This document shows, piece after piece, positions 1-9,058 of a stretch of 64,000 bases of DNA. Every line of letters starts with the position of its first letter. The first letter of the stretch is position 1. Under the pieces are notes generated by a model that was given only the letters and a program-made list of their open reading frames with translations, did not search any database and had not been told where the DNA came from. Made by a program: the position numbers and the translations under genes. The DNA comes from Candidatus Micrarchaeota archaeon (lineage in GTDB: Archaea; Micrarchaeota; Micrarchaeia; Micrarchaeales; CABMGC01), in the NCBI GenBank assembly GCA_021818925.1, contig JAKASU010000001.1:188035-252034 (forward strand). Direction: 5' to 3'.

Positions 1-1
1 G

Positions 2-106
2 GAGGAACCTTACGCAACGGTGAAGTTCGACGCCTTTCCTACGGGCCTGGGACAGGGCCAGATCCTGCAGATACTTGAGGACAGCGAGAATGTAGACGCG
101 GAGTGA
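2..106 (+). CDS. 3' end of a CDS entering from the left edge, unknown product
   Basis: Frame 2 is open from base 2 to TGA 104-106 (EEPYATVKFD...NVDAE*), 16 nt before the next ATG. Confidence 0.6.
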   Translation, partial: EEPYATVKFDAFPTGLGQGQILQILEDSENVDAE

Positions 107-122
107 GCCGCGGACGGATCCG

Positions 123-866
123 ATGTCGTTGCTAGACATCTTCAAGAAGAAAGAGGCCGAGGGCACCGAGGACGAAAGCGCCTTCAGCGTTGAGGACCGG
201 GGCTATGAGCGCGTGCTGAAGTACGGAAGCATAACCTATTCCAAGCTCAAGGGAGAGAGCGTATACACGGGCGAGTACTGGGACTACTTCCTGCCCGCGG
301 CGTGCATCAGCAGAAACAGGAGCGCGCTGCTGATCGGGCTAGGCGGAGGAACGGTCGCCTTCCAGCTGTCGGCTCTGTTTGTAGACGCACTTAGTCTCGA
401 TGTCGTGGAGCTGAGCAAGCGCGTCATAGAGATGGCGCGAAAGTTCGCGCCGAAGATGAAGGCGAACATAGTTGCGGGAGAAGGCGCCGCTTATGTGGCT
501 ACCACCAACAAGCGATACGGCGCAATGCTGCTCGATGCGTATGTGTCATCAAAGATACCGGAGCAGTTCCTGCAGAGGAAGTTCATAGAGGATGCGCACA
601 GGGTGCTGTCAGAGGATGGCGTGCTCGCCGTCAACTATGCGATGAGCATGATGGGCGCGCTGCGGTACAGGGACTACGTCTCAAAACTTAAAGAGCGCTT
701 CATTGTCTTCAAGGTAAGTGCCGCGATGTTCGAGGGCAACGTGATAATACTCTGTTCCAAGAGACTTGGCAAGGACGAGCTGCTGGACAGGATAGAGGCG
801 AACATGCCGAAGAGCAGGGAGAGCGAGCCGGTACTGCGCAACTACTACAACATGATGCCACTGTAG
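123..866 (+). CDS. Spermidine synthase-like class I SAM-dependent transferase
   Basis: LIGLGGG glycine loop, DVVEL acidic motif and LLDAY motif. Confidence 0.75.
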   Translation: MSLLDIFKKKEAEGTEDESAFSVEDRGYERVLKYGSITYSKLKGESVYTGEYWDYFLPAACISRNRSALLIGLGGGTVAFQLSALFVDALSLDVVELSKRVIEMARKFAPKMKANIVAGEGAAYVATTNKRYGAMLLDAYVSSKIPEQFLQRKFIEDAHRVLSEDGVLAVNYAMSMMGALRYRDYVSKLKERFIVFKVSAAMFEGNVIILCSKRLGKDELLDRIEANMPKSRESEPVLRNYYNMMPL

Positions 867-1775
867 TCACTTTTTGTTTCCGGCACTGGAAAGCCATGTC
901 AGAGCACGGGTCACGAACGGGTGGCTGTTAATCGCCGGCTTGGCGACACTGGCCAGAGACCTGCGGCTATAGTCTGACAAAAAATCGTTTATTGATGAGA
1001 CCTCGTTCTTGCTGAGCCTCCAGCCCGCAGACCCGACAAGATCAGCAACATGCTTCTTGCTGCTCGCCTTCGGTATGGGGATGACGTTGCCCTTGCAGAT
1101 CAGCCAGTTTATCGCAACCTGCGCCACGTCCTTCCCGTGCCTCTCTCCGATGCCTGCAAGGAACTTCGTGAGTTCGGCGTACTTGGGTTCGAATATGTGC
1201 GCGCGTGAGAGCGGGCTGTAGGCTATGACGCTTATGCCTTCTTTCTTGCAGAACGGAAGCAGCTCGTCGCCTATGTCCCTTACAAGCATGCTGTACTCTA
1301 TCTGGTCCGAGACTATCTCGTACTTCTTGAGCGCAGCCTGCGCCTCCTCCAGCTCTCTGATTGAGAAGTTGCTGACCCCGATGTGCCTTATCCTGCCGTC
1401 ATCCACGAGCCGCTCCATCGCGCCCATGGTCTCATGTATGGGCACGTTCTTGTTCGGCCAGTGCAGCTGGTAGAGGTCGATTGTCTTGATCCCGAGCCTC
1501 TGAAGGCTGCCCTCGCACGCGCGGATCACCTCGTCGTGCCTGAAGTGCGTGGGAGAGACCTTGGTGGCGATGAATGTGTCTTTACTCTTCCTTATCGCCT
1601 TCGCGACGAGCGGCTCGGTGCCGTACATCTCAGCAGTGTCGATGAAGTTTATCCCGGAATCAAGCCCGTACTCGAGCGCCTCGATCTCCTTCTTCTCGTC
1701 GACGCCGAGCTTCCAGGTCCCGAGCCCTATCTCGCTCAGCCTCTCGCCTGTCTTTCCGAGACTGATGTAATCCAT
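867..1775 (-). CDS. Aldo/keto reductase
   Basis: IGLGTW, IDTAEMY, IATK, DLYQLHWP, IGVSNF, AYSPL and IPK motifs; start placed at MDYISLG. Confidence 0.95.
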   Translation of the reverse strand: MDYISLGKTGERLSEIGLGTWKLGVDEKKEIEALEYGLDSGINFIDTAEMYGTEPLVAKAIRKSKDTFIATKVSPTHFRHDEVIRACEGSLQRLGIKTIDLYQLHWPNKNVPIHETMGAMERLVDDGRIRHIGVSNFSIRELEEAQAALKKYEIVSDQIEYSMLVRDIGDELLPFCKKEGISVIAYSPLSRAHIFEPKYAELTKFLAGIGERHGKDVAQVAINWLICKGNVIPIPKASSKKHVADLVGSAGWRLSKNEVSSINDFLSDYSRRSLASVAKPAINSHPFVTRALTWLSSAGNKK

Positions 1776-1866
1776 GAAGTCACTTGCACGCCCAACTATT
1801 AAAATGTGCTTTGCGCTGCATGCAAGCATTAAAAATCTTGTATAAGAATAGCACTTGCCGAATCAC

Positions 1867-2529
1867 ATGGACTACTCAGACACAACAGTACTCATACCCG
1901 TGAAGGACGAGCCCGCAGCGGGTCAGGTGGCCAGGGAGGTGTTGTCGAAACTGGCAGGGGCTAAGGTTATGGTCGTGTACAAGGGAGAGAGGGGCGCGAT
2001 GAACCTCAACTTCACCGACCCGAACATGAGCACAGTGGAGCAGACAGACTCAGGCAAGGGCACCGCGGTTCGCAGGGCCATCGGGCAGATAGGCACTCCT
2101 ATCTTCTGCCTGATTGACGGCGATGCCACGTACAGCGTTGACGATCTCCCAAAGGTCATAGGCATGGTCAGGGACGGAGCTGACATGGCGCTAGGCAACA
2201 GGTTCGCGCATCTGGACAGGAAGGCGATGCCGTTCTTCATAGAGCTCGGCAACAGGATAATAACGATGGTGGCAAACCTCCTCTATGGCATGCACCTCCA
2301 CGACTCGCAGACCGGACTCCGCGCTATAAGGAAGGGCTCGATAGAGAGGCTTGAACTACGCGAGAGCGGGTTCGGGATCGAGTCTGAGCTGAACATAAGG
2401 GCGAGGAAGGCTGGGTTGAGAATCGAGGAGACGCCGATAAGCTACGCTGTGCGCGTAGGGGCGTCGAAGCAGATGAAGCTCGTCGATGGCATCAAGCTGC
2501 TGCTGCTCGATTTCAAGTTCCTATTCTAG
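1867..2529 (+). CDS. GT2 glycosyltransferase, dolichol-phosphate glycosyltransferase-like
   Basis: VLIPVKDE, GKG, IDGDATY, DSQTG and FGIESE motifs. Confidence 0.9.
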   Translation: MDYSDTTVLIPVKDEPAAGQVAREVLSKLAGAKVMVVYKGERGAMNLNFTDPNMSTVEQTDSGKGTAVRRAIGQIGTPIFCLIDGDATYSVDDLPKVIGMVRDGADMALGNRFAHLDRKAMPFFIELGNRIITMVANLLYGMHLHDSQTGLRAIRKGSIERLELRESGFGIESELNIRARKAGLRIEETPISYAVRVGASKQMKLVDGIKLLLLDFKFLF

Positions 2530-2933
2530 CCGCTTATCTCATAGAGCGAGATGGCGAGCAGCGCTGCGGTGCAGATGTGCACGATGGTGCAGTAGACGCA
2601 GATGCTGCCAAGCACGTACTCTGCGTGCACAAAGTAGATGACAAAACCTATTCCTATTGCGTTGAGCACGGCGAGCGGCTCCGCCCTCTTCAGGTAGATG
2701 AGCGCCAGCACAGCAGCAAAGAAGAGCACGCCCAGGTAGCCGTTTGGTATGCCGAAGGTCTTAGCATAGACGCTGTTCAGCACTGCGCCGCAGTTGATTA
2801 CTCCGGCCGTAGGGCATGCGACCTGGACGTCGAACGCAGCCGAATAGGAGAGGTATACTGAGGAGAGCAGGCCTATTATCGCGAGCGCGATGCGCGCGTA
2901 CCAGAGCCTTTTGCCCAGATCCCTTGCGTGCAT
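2526..2933 (-). CDS. Vitamin K epoxide reductase (VKOR) family protein
   Basis: Four hydrophobic helices, loop cysteines C-x6-C, NSVYAKTFGIP and CVYC active site. Confidence 0.9.
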   Translation of the reverse strand: MHARDLGKRLWYARIALAIIGLLSSVYLSYSAAFDVQVACPTAGVINCGAVLNSVYAKTFGIPNGYLGVLFFAAVLALIYLKRAEPLAVLNAIGIGFVIYFVHAEYVLGSICVYCTIVHICTAALLAISLYEISG

Positions 2934-2934
2934 G

Positions 2935-3807
2935 CTAGCCCAGCTGCGCCTCTATGCCTTTGATGTACTGCTGGCCGCACACGCTCGCCGGCGTGTTGTT
3001 GTCGATAATGCATATCTGCGCCGTAACGAGGTTGGCGCTGCCTACAAGCGCCTGAGCCTGCGGGCTGCCCGGGTTGTGGAGATCGCTCGCTATACTGCTC
3101 CAGTTCATCCCGTCTATCACAGTAGGGTCGCCGAAGTTTCCTCCCACCTCTGTGGAATAGTTTGCGTAGTCGATGAAAGGTATGCTGCCTCCTGGGTTGT
3201 ACTTCGCGAAAATGGACTGCTCTGACGCGTTAAGCGTCTCGAGATTGGGATAGCCGCCTATGCTCGAGTTGTACTTGTTCGTTGTCAGTTCCCTTGCTAC
3301 GAAGACTATATATGGGCTGCTATACGTGGCGTTGGCAAACGTGAATGTAGGTGTGTTTGCATAGACGTCTGTGGCGCTGCTGGTCATGTACTCTAGACCG
3401 TTGAACGTGCCGAACCTCATCAGGGCTATGATGAGCGGCCACCTCTGCACCGCGCAGTAGGGGCAGTACTCAGCGCCAATGTATAGTATCTCGGGCTTGC
3501 CGCCTATTGCGAGCTTCGTTGCGTTGGCCTTTGTCGGGAAGTTGGTCGCAAACCCTGTGTATATCGCGGCACTCACGTTGTTTGGCACTGCGAGCTGCGC
3601 GAGCACGGATTGCGGGACCGGCTGCCCGTCGAACTGTGCTAGCTGCGCGCCCGTGCTGCCGCCGCCTCCGCCCCCTGTCAGGGTCAGGGCAGCCACCACT
3701 ATTATTATCACCGCTATTATGCCGCCGTAGAGCGCCTTCTTGTTGGAAAGGATCGAAGGCTTGCCAGTTGGCTGCTGCTGCGGCTGCTGTTGTTCTGCTC
3801 CCTCCAT
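2935..3807 (-). CDS. Membrane-anchored thioredoxin-fold protein (DUF929-like)
   Basis: N-terminal TM helix, YIGAEYCPYCA, RWPLIIAL.RFG, TPTFTF and IPF cis-Pro motif; directly upstream of VKOR. Confidence 0.85.
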   Translation of the reverse strand: MEGAEQQQPQQQPTGKPSILSNKKALYGGIIAVIIIVVAALTLTGGGGGGSTGAQLAQFDGQPVPQSVLAQLAVPNNVSAAIYTGFATNFPTKANATKLAIGGKPEILYIGAEYCPYCAVQRWPLIIALMRFGTFNGLEYMTSSATDVYANTPTFTFANATYSSPYIVFVARELTTNKYNSSIGGYPNLETLNASEQSIFAKYNPGGSIPFIDYANYSTEVGGNFGDPTVIDGMNWSSIASDLHNPGSPQAQALVGSANLVTAQICIIDNNTPASVCGQQYIKGIEAQLG

Positions 3808-3852
3808 GTTGTTAAAGCTCAAAAAAAGTATTTAAGACTAGTGTAGCGTGTA

Positions 3853-3876
3853 GCAGGCCCTTCCGCGCGGGCCTGC
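3853..3876. terminator. GC-rich hairpin, possible terminator of the 3887-4150 gene
   Basis: GCAGGCCC-N8-GGGCCTGC perfect 8-bp stem just past the stop at 3887. Confidence 0.35.
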
Positions 3877-3886
3877 CGCCGTCGGT

Positions 3887-4150
3887 TCAGTCGCCTTGCA
3901 GCATTTCCAGCATGCTTACAGTCATTATCGCGGTTATTGCCTTGCTCGCTGCGCCAGCCGCCCTCCCATTCTGCTGCGTTGCGATGCATTCCTCTAGGGC
4001 ACGTATGATGCTCGCCCTCCTGTCAGGAGCGTCCATCGCCTCGCTTTTCAGCTGGGCTATCTGTCTCGTGCTTGTGCTGGTGGTTCTCCCAGGTCTCTGC
4101 AGGTCAGCGTCGGCTATTTGCTGTACGCTCAGGCTTGCTTTTTCTCCCAT
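3887..4150 (-). CDS. Small hypothetical helical protein
   Basis: ATG at 4150 with upstream GGAGGGTG SD-like motif and TTTAAATA box near 4192-4199; no recognisable motif. Confidence 0.55.
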   Translation of the reverse strand: MGEKASLSVQQIADADLQRPGRTTSTSTRQIAQLKSEAMDAPDRRASIIRALEECIATQQNGRAAGAASKAITAIMTVSMLEMLQGD

Positions 4151-4255
4151 TTTTTCCCCACCCTCCTGTGAATGTGTTATGCCTTTCTTCCTATTTAAAC
4201 GTATGCCTGACAAACGTCTATCACAGTAGTGAAACGGCGATTGTCGTCTATGATT

Positions 4256-5908
4256 TTATGTTCGCACTCTTAACTTCTCCGGCTCCGTGACCCCGTAGTT
4301 TCTCTTCCCGTCACGATAGACTGCTGTGAGGAACACCTTCTTTCCCGGATTTCCTATCTCAGGAACGGGCTCTCTCAGCTCTCCCCTGTGCAGCTTCTCG
4401 AACGTGCCAACGCTTATCGGGGTGCCATTCAAGACGAACGACATGTCGGTGCTGTTCGCGTACTCGACCACGCCGTCCTGTATAGTGCCAAGCATTCCCT
4501 TGCCTCCCGCCCCACTGCCGAAACCGAGTATGAGCATCTTCTCTCCTATTATCTGCGCTCCGCTCTTCGAGTAGTCGCTGGTCAGCGTCGACTGTATGCT
4601 GAAGAACACGGCGCCGGTGTACGTATTGCCTATGAACCCGGATGTGACCTGGCTGTTCGCTGCCTTCCTTGCGAACTCAGCCTTGTAGTGGCTCGTTTCC
4701 TGCATCGCCCTTACGAAAGCGGTCCTCCTCTCTCCAAAGCTCACCACCTCCTCCCCAAATCCTGCGAGCGCGGCGTTTATCTCCTTGTTCGAGTACCTGT
4801 CGAAATCCCTCACTATCTCGGTAAGTTCGCGGTGTGTCCATCCCATGCCGAGCCGTGACTCGAGCACCTCCAGATCATGCTTCAGCGACTGCCTGTCATG
4901 GTTCGCCCCGCGGACGATCTCCGAGTCCTCCCTCGTCAGTTTTGTTTTGGCGCGCCTGTATGTGAGTATGATCTCCTCAGATTCGTGGAGGTTGCCGGAT
5001 CCAGGCATCAGCGGCTCCCCGGTAAACGGCAGGTTCATGCCTGCCAGTTCCTTCAGCGTTTCCTGCCACTCCTCCGGATGATAATTCTTCAGATTGTGTC
5101 TTACCACATCGGCAAAAGGATCCTGGATCTTGCTTTTGTACGGCAGGTGCACGGCGATGTGTCTCACCTCGTCCAGCAGGCTCCTGCCGAGCTCCTCTTC
5201 GATCTGCCTGTAGACCTTGTAGTAGATGTAGTCGTAAACGAGGTTGGAGTGCTTCCCGTCGTATAGCGGCATGTCGCTCCCTATAATCTTGCTGCCGTCA
5301 GCGTTCGGGAACTTTGGTTTGTAGAAGTCGTACTCGTTTATCGTGTACTCCTTCATCATCATAGGATCGATGGCTATCAGCCTCGGGTTCGGTTCAACTA
5401 GAGTCGCGGTGGCTCCTGACCCCGAGGTCGCCTCTCCCGGAGAGTTTAGCGGATATTTCGCATGATCTGTGGTTACAACGATGGTGCGCTCGCCTGTCGC
5501 GACAGCGGCGCACAGCGCGTCGCCTAGCGCATCGAGCCCGGCCACGCAGGCGAACTTGTGCTCAACCGGCAGCGCGTAATTGAACGTCTTGCCGTAGTAC
5601 ATCTCCAGCGCGTCGTAGACGAATGTTATCGTGGGCTTCGAATCGTCTATCGCGCTCTCCGTGGCGAACTTCAGCTTCACCTTGTGCGGGTCTATGCCGT
5701 TCCTGTCAACAATCTTTATGATGGCGTTGGCTGCCATCGTTGCCGCATCCTCGTCCGTGTTGGGCACAGCGAACGTCTCCACTCCAAGGTTTCTGGTGAA
5801 GCTGTCTCTCTTCCTTCCCCTTGCCATGGCGAGCTCTTCTGCATTGACCCTAAGTATTGGAGCGTATGTCTGCAGGTCGCTTATACCTACCACTAGTGTG
5901 TTGGACAT
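4256..5908 (-). CDS. mvaS: Hydroxymethylglutaryl-CoA synthase, bacterial/haloarchaeal-like, with large insertion
   Basis: EDAATMAANA, ATESAID (Glu), KFAC (Cys), GEATSGSGA, HLPY (His), GNTYTG and GFGSG motifs. Confidence 0.88.
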   Translation of the reverse strand: MSNTLVVGISDLQTYAPILRVNAEELAMARGRKRDSFTRNLGVETFAVPNTDEDAATMAANAIIKIVDRNGIDPHKVKLKFATESAIDDSKPTITFVYDALEMYYGKTFNYALPVEHKFACVAGLDALGDALCAAVATGERTIVVTTDHAKYPLNSPGEATSGSGATATLVEPNPRLIAIDPMMMKEYTINEYDFYKPKFPNADGSKIIGSDMPLYDGKHSNLVYDYIYYKVYRQIEEELGRSLLDEVRHIAVHLPYKSKIQDPFADVVRHNLKNYHPEEWQETLKELAGMNLPFTGEPLMPGSGNLHESEEIILTYRRAKTKLTREDSEIVRGANHDRQSLKHDLEVLESRLGMGWTHRELTEIVRDFDRYSNKEINAALAGFGEEVVSFGERRTAFVRAMQETSHYKAEFARKAANSQVTSGFIGNTYTGAVFFSIQSTLTSDYSKSGAQIIGEKMLILGFGSGAGGKGMLGTIQDGVVEYANSTDMSFVLNGTPISVGTFEKLHRGELREPVPEIGNPGKKVFLTAVYRDGKRNYGVTEPEKLRVRT

Positions 5909-5977
5909 TGGATCACTTGGTCAATGAGTGTCACCAAATCCTTTTAAACGACGTCAAGCGGTTAGACGATGGGCGAA

Positions 5978-7528
5978 TTAAGAAAGCCTTGTCTGGGCAT
6001 CGTGCAACGCGCGCCTAGCCAGATCCCTGTTTATCTCGTTTATCAGGAACAGCATCTTCTTCTCCCTCGCCGCAGATACACGAAGATAGATCTCGTCCTT
6101 GGTGCCCTGCGCCACCAGTATGTAGACGTCTCCGGCCCTGAATCTCGCTGTGCGGCCCTTCCTCTGTATGTTCCTTATCTCGTTGGGTATAGGCTCGTAG
6201 AAGATGACGAGGTCGACGCTTGGTATGTCGAGCCCCTCCTCGCCTATCGAGCTGGCGACGAGAACGCTGAACTTTCCGGCCCTGAAGTCCTCTATCACCT
6301 TCTTCTGCTTCTCCTGCGTCACGCCCTCCTTCTTGCCCACGAAGGCCATTGCGTCTATGCCGTTATGAACGAACACGTCAACAAGCATCTTTATCGTTGA
6401 GCGGTACTGCGCAAAGACGATCGCACTCTTGCCTTTGTACTCGCGCAGTATCGACATGGCGTACTTCACCTTCTCGTGCTCCTCGCCTCGCTTCATCGCG
6501 TCCTTGGCCATCACGACCGCCTCTTTCACGTTATTGTTGGCGAGCAGGTTCTCAACGGCACGACTCTTCTCCTCGCGCTCCGACAGGGAATCGAAGTAGG
6601 CGCTGAACGGATAGATGCCCTCTGTTGTGAGGAGGTCATAGGCATGGGAGGCGTTCAGCAACTTTATGTAACTGAAGAACGCGCCGAACCTGAAGCCTGG
6701 CGCGTTTATCTTCTTTATCTCGTTGCCCAGCGCTATGAGCACGCCCTTCGGCACGCGCTCGAAGTTCTTCGCGTTCATGAGGCCCATCTTGTTCAGGCTG
6801 GCGAGGCTCTCTTCAGCCACCGGCTTGATCAGATTGCCTATGCTCTTGATCGTCGTGCTCTGCGGCACGCTCACAACGTGCATGTACTTGGGCATAACGT
6901 AGGAAACGACGTCAGCATCGGTTGAGATCCTGGCCTCTATATGATGTACGTTAAGAGTCTCAACGAGTTGCGTTATCTTCTCCTTCTTGCTTCCCGGCGA
7001 AGCCGTCAGGCCGAGCACCAGGGAGTTGCGCACGGCGAGCTCGTTCGCTATGTATGTGTATGCGTACTTGCCAACGGCCCTGTGGCACTCGTCGAAAACC
7101 GCGACCCCGAAGTCCTCAAGGGAGAAGTTTCCGGATTTGAGATCGTTGGCAATTGTCTGCGGTGTGGCGATTATCAGCTTCGCGCTCTGTTCCAGCTCTT
7201 TTCTCTGCTTCTTGCCTACGGATCCGAGCAGTAGGGCGATGCTCTCCTCTGGCAGCCTCACCATCTGCACTACGGTAGCATAATGCTGCTCCGAGAGCGG
7301 GCGCGTGGGCGCGAGCAGGAGCGCGCGCCTGCCCTGCGCTATCTCGCTCGAGATTACAGCAAGGCCGATAAGCGTCTTGCCAAGCCCGGTAGGCAGCACG
7401 ACCAGCGTGCTCCCGTGCTCGAGTATCGAGTTGATTATGTTGAACTGGTACTCGCGGAACTCCACGCCGTCGAGGTTGAGCAGCTCAGCTGTTGAGCCGA
7501 GCTTGAGCCATCTTTCATCGACAGTCAT
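5978..7528 (-). CDS. hef: Hef/FANCM-like SF2 helicase lacking the ERCC4 nuclease domain
   Basis: REYQ, LPTGLGKT, DECHRAVG, TASPG, EEGLDIP and IQRKGRT motifs; protein ends after the helicase core. Confidence 0.9.
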   Translation of the reverse strand: MTVDERWLKLGSTAELLNLDGVEFREYQFNIINSILEHGSTLVVLPTGLGKTLIGLAVISSEIAQGRRALLLAPTRPLSEQHYATVVQMVRLPEESIALLLGSVGKKQRKELEQSAKLIIATPQTIANDLKSGNFSLEDFGVAVFDECHRAVGKYAYTYIANELAVRNSLVLGLTASPGSKKEKITQLVETLNVHHIEARISTDADVVSYVMPKYMHVVSVPQSTTIKSIGNLIKPVAEESLASLNKMGLMNAKNFERVPKGVLIALGNEIKKINAPGFRFGAFFSYIKLLNASHAYDLLTTEGIYPFSAYFDSLSEREEKSRAVENLLANNNVKEAVVMAKDAMKRGEEHEKVKYAMSILREYKGKSAIVFAQYRSTIKMLVDVFVHNGIDAMAFVGKKEGVTQEKQKKVIEDFRAGKFSVLVASSIGEEGLDIPSVDLVIFYEPIPNEIRNIQRKGRTARFRAGDVYILVAQGTKDEIYLRVSAAREKKMLFLINEINRDLARRALHDAQTRLS

Positions 7529-7584
7529 TGCAACGATAAAGTATGGAATTGGCTTTATATAAATTGCATACCGAGTGTACGCAA

Positions 7585-7658
7585 GCCGCAGTAACTCAAT
7601 CCGGGAGAGTGTCCCGCTGAAGACGGGAATGTTGCTGGTTCAAATCCGGCCTGCGGCA
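7585..7658 (+). tRNA. tRNA-Phe(GAA)
   Basis: Acceptor GCCGCAG/CTGCGGC, anticodon arm TCCCG-CTGAAGA-CGGGA, T-loop TTCAAAT; no encoded CCA. Confidence 0.95.
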
Positions 7659-7723
7659 TCAGCCTGCTTGAAACAGCCCCATTATATGATTTGTACCGAG
7701 TAGGCTTCATTTGTGAGTTTATG

Positions 7724-7747
7724 AAAGTTATATATTTATATAACTTT
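7724..7747. promoter_or_regulatory. Inverted repeat over the TATA region, probable AbiE operator
   Basis: AAAGTTATATA-TT-TATATAACTTT, perfect 11-bp arms, 16 nt before the ATG at 7764. Confidence 0.7.
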
Positions 7748-7763
7748 GGTTGATTAATAAATT

Positions 7764-8399
7764 ATGGACATACCACTCGAAGTCGCGCTCTCTGGCAAAA
7801 GGCTCGACATAGCGCGCATGCAAGACCTGCTGATAGACCTGATATACGATTACGTGCAGCCCAACGCGATTCTGTACGGTGGCACGGCAATCTGGCGTTG
7901 CTTAGGTGGCGGCAGGTTTTCTGAAGATATCGACATATATGTAAACGCTCGTTTTCAGAGTAAACATGAGGCTGTACTGAAGCAAAATGGGCTAGAGATA
8001 ATCGACAGAGACAAAGAGCTACCACTGCACATGAGAATCTCAGACGGAAAGACTGACATTTTGCTTGAAGCCAGTATGGGCAGGTATGAAAATGTCATGG
8101 CGCAGTATACGAAGGTTGATGGCACGTCAATGACTATTTCAATGCTGCCTCCTGCAAAGTTATTTGCAAGGAAGATGGAGGCCTACAGGAGCAGGAAGTA
8201 CATTAGAGACCTTTATGACCTCGTGCACCTCACAAACTACGTAGATAAACACGACCACTATATTGAATTGAAACTTAGATCCTTCCTCGCAGATGTAGAA
8301 AAACCAGTCGATGGGCACATACTGCAATCGCTTGTCTACAAGGGACCAACAGCGTCTTTCGAGAAAATGATAAAGTACCTGAAGAGTTGGTCAGAATGA
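7764..8399 (+). CDS. AbiEii-like nucleotidyltransferase toxin (type IV TA)
   Basis: YGGTAI, RFSEDID and K..AY..R..IRDLYDL motifs. Confidence 0.9.
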   Translation: MDIPLEVALSGKRLDIARMQDLLIDLIYDYVQPNAILYGGTAIWRCLGGGRFSEDIDIYVNARFQSKHEAVLKQNGLEIIDRDKELPLHMRISDGKTDILLEASMGRYENVMAQYTKVDGTSMTISMLPPAKLFARKMEAYRSRKYIRDLYDLVHLTNYVDKHDHYIELKLRSFLADVEKPVDGHILQSLVYKGPTASFEKMIKYLKSWSE

Positions 8400-9058
8400 A
8401 GTATGACAGCGAGTTTAGAAAATACTTTTCTAAGATACCCATATTCACATTCAAGGACGCGGCGAGATTTCTTAAGAAGATGGGCGCTTCTGATGCTTAC
8501 GTGAAGTTGTTTATCCATAACCAAATGAAAAGGCACAGCCTTCTCAGAGTAGGTAGAGGCCGCTACACTTTCTCTAACAATGAAGCTATGGTCGGATTTG
8601 CCTTCGCTCCGTTCTACTATGGCCTCGAACACTCGCTGACTCTGCACAAACTCTGGACTCAGGTCTCAATCCCAGTTATAATAACAACGACCAAAGCGGT
8701 GCCTGGAATCAGGAATTCGATGGGCAAACGGGTTCTGGTAAGAAGGATATCCAAGAATATGTTTTTTGGTATAGAGCGGATTATGCATAACGGCGTATTT
8801 GTTCCGGTGTCTGACATCGAAAAAACACTGGTCGATTTTGTTTATTTCAATATAAATTTAAGCGATGAGGAGACGAAAAGAGTGATGCGGGAGTGTAATG
8901 TTGAAAAACTCGCGAGGTATGCCAAAAAATGTAACAGAGGCATAAGAACGAGGATTGAGAATATGATGAAGGATATGCGGAGCTGGGAGCACGAACAAAA
9001 CAAAAAGATTGGGCAACCGTACCTCAGGGGGTACTGCAGGCCTGCGGAATTCAACTAA
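8396..9058 (+). CDS. AbiEi-like antitoxin / wHTH regulator
   Basis: IFTFKDA wHTH start, RVGRGRY, FYYGLEHSL..H and SDIEKTLVD; ATGA overlap with the toxin stop. Confidence 0.85.
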   Translation: MKYDSEFRKYFSKIPIFTFKDAARFLKKMGASDAYVKLFIHNQMKRHSLLRVGRGRYTFSNNEAMVGFAFAPFYYGLEHSLTLHKLWTQVSIPVIITTTKAVPGIRNSMGKRVLVRRISKNMFFGIERIMHNGVFVPVSDIEKTLVDFVYFNINLSDEETKRVMRECNVEKLARYAKKCNRGIRTRIENMMKDMRSWEHEQNKKIGQPYLRGYCRPAEFN

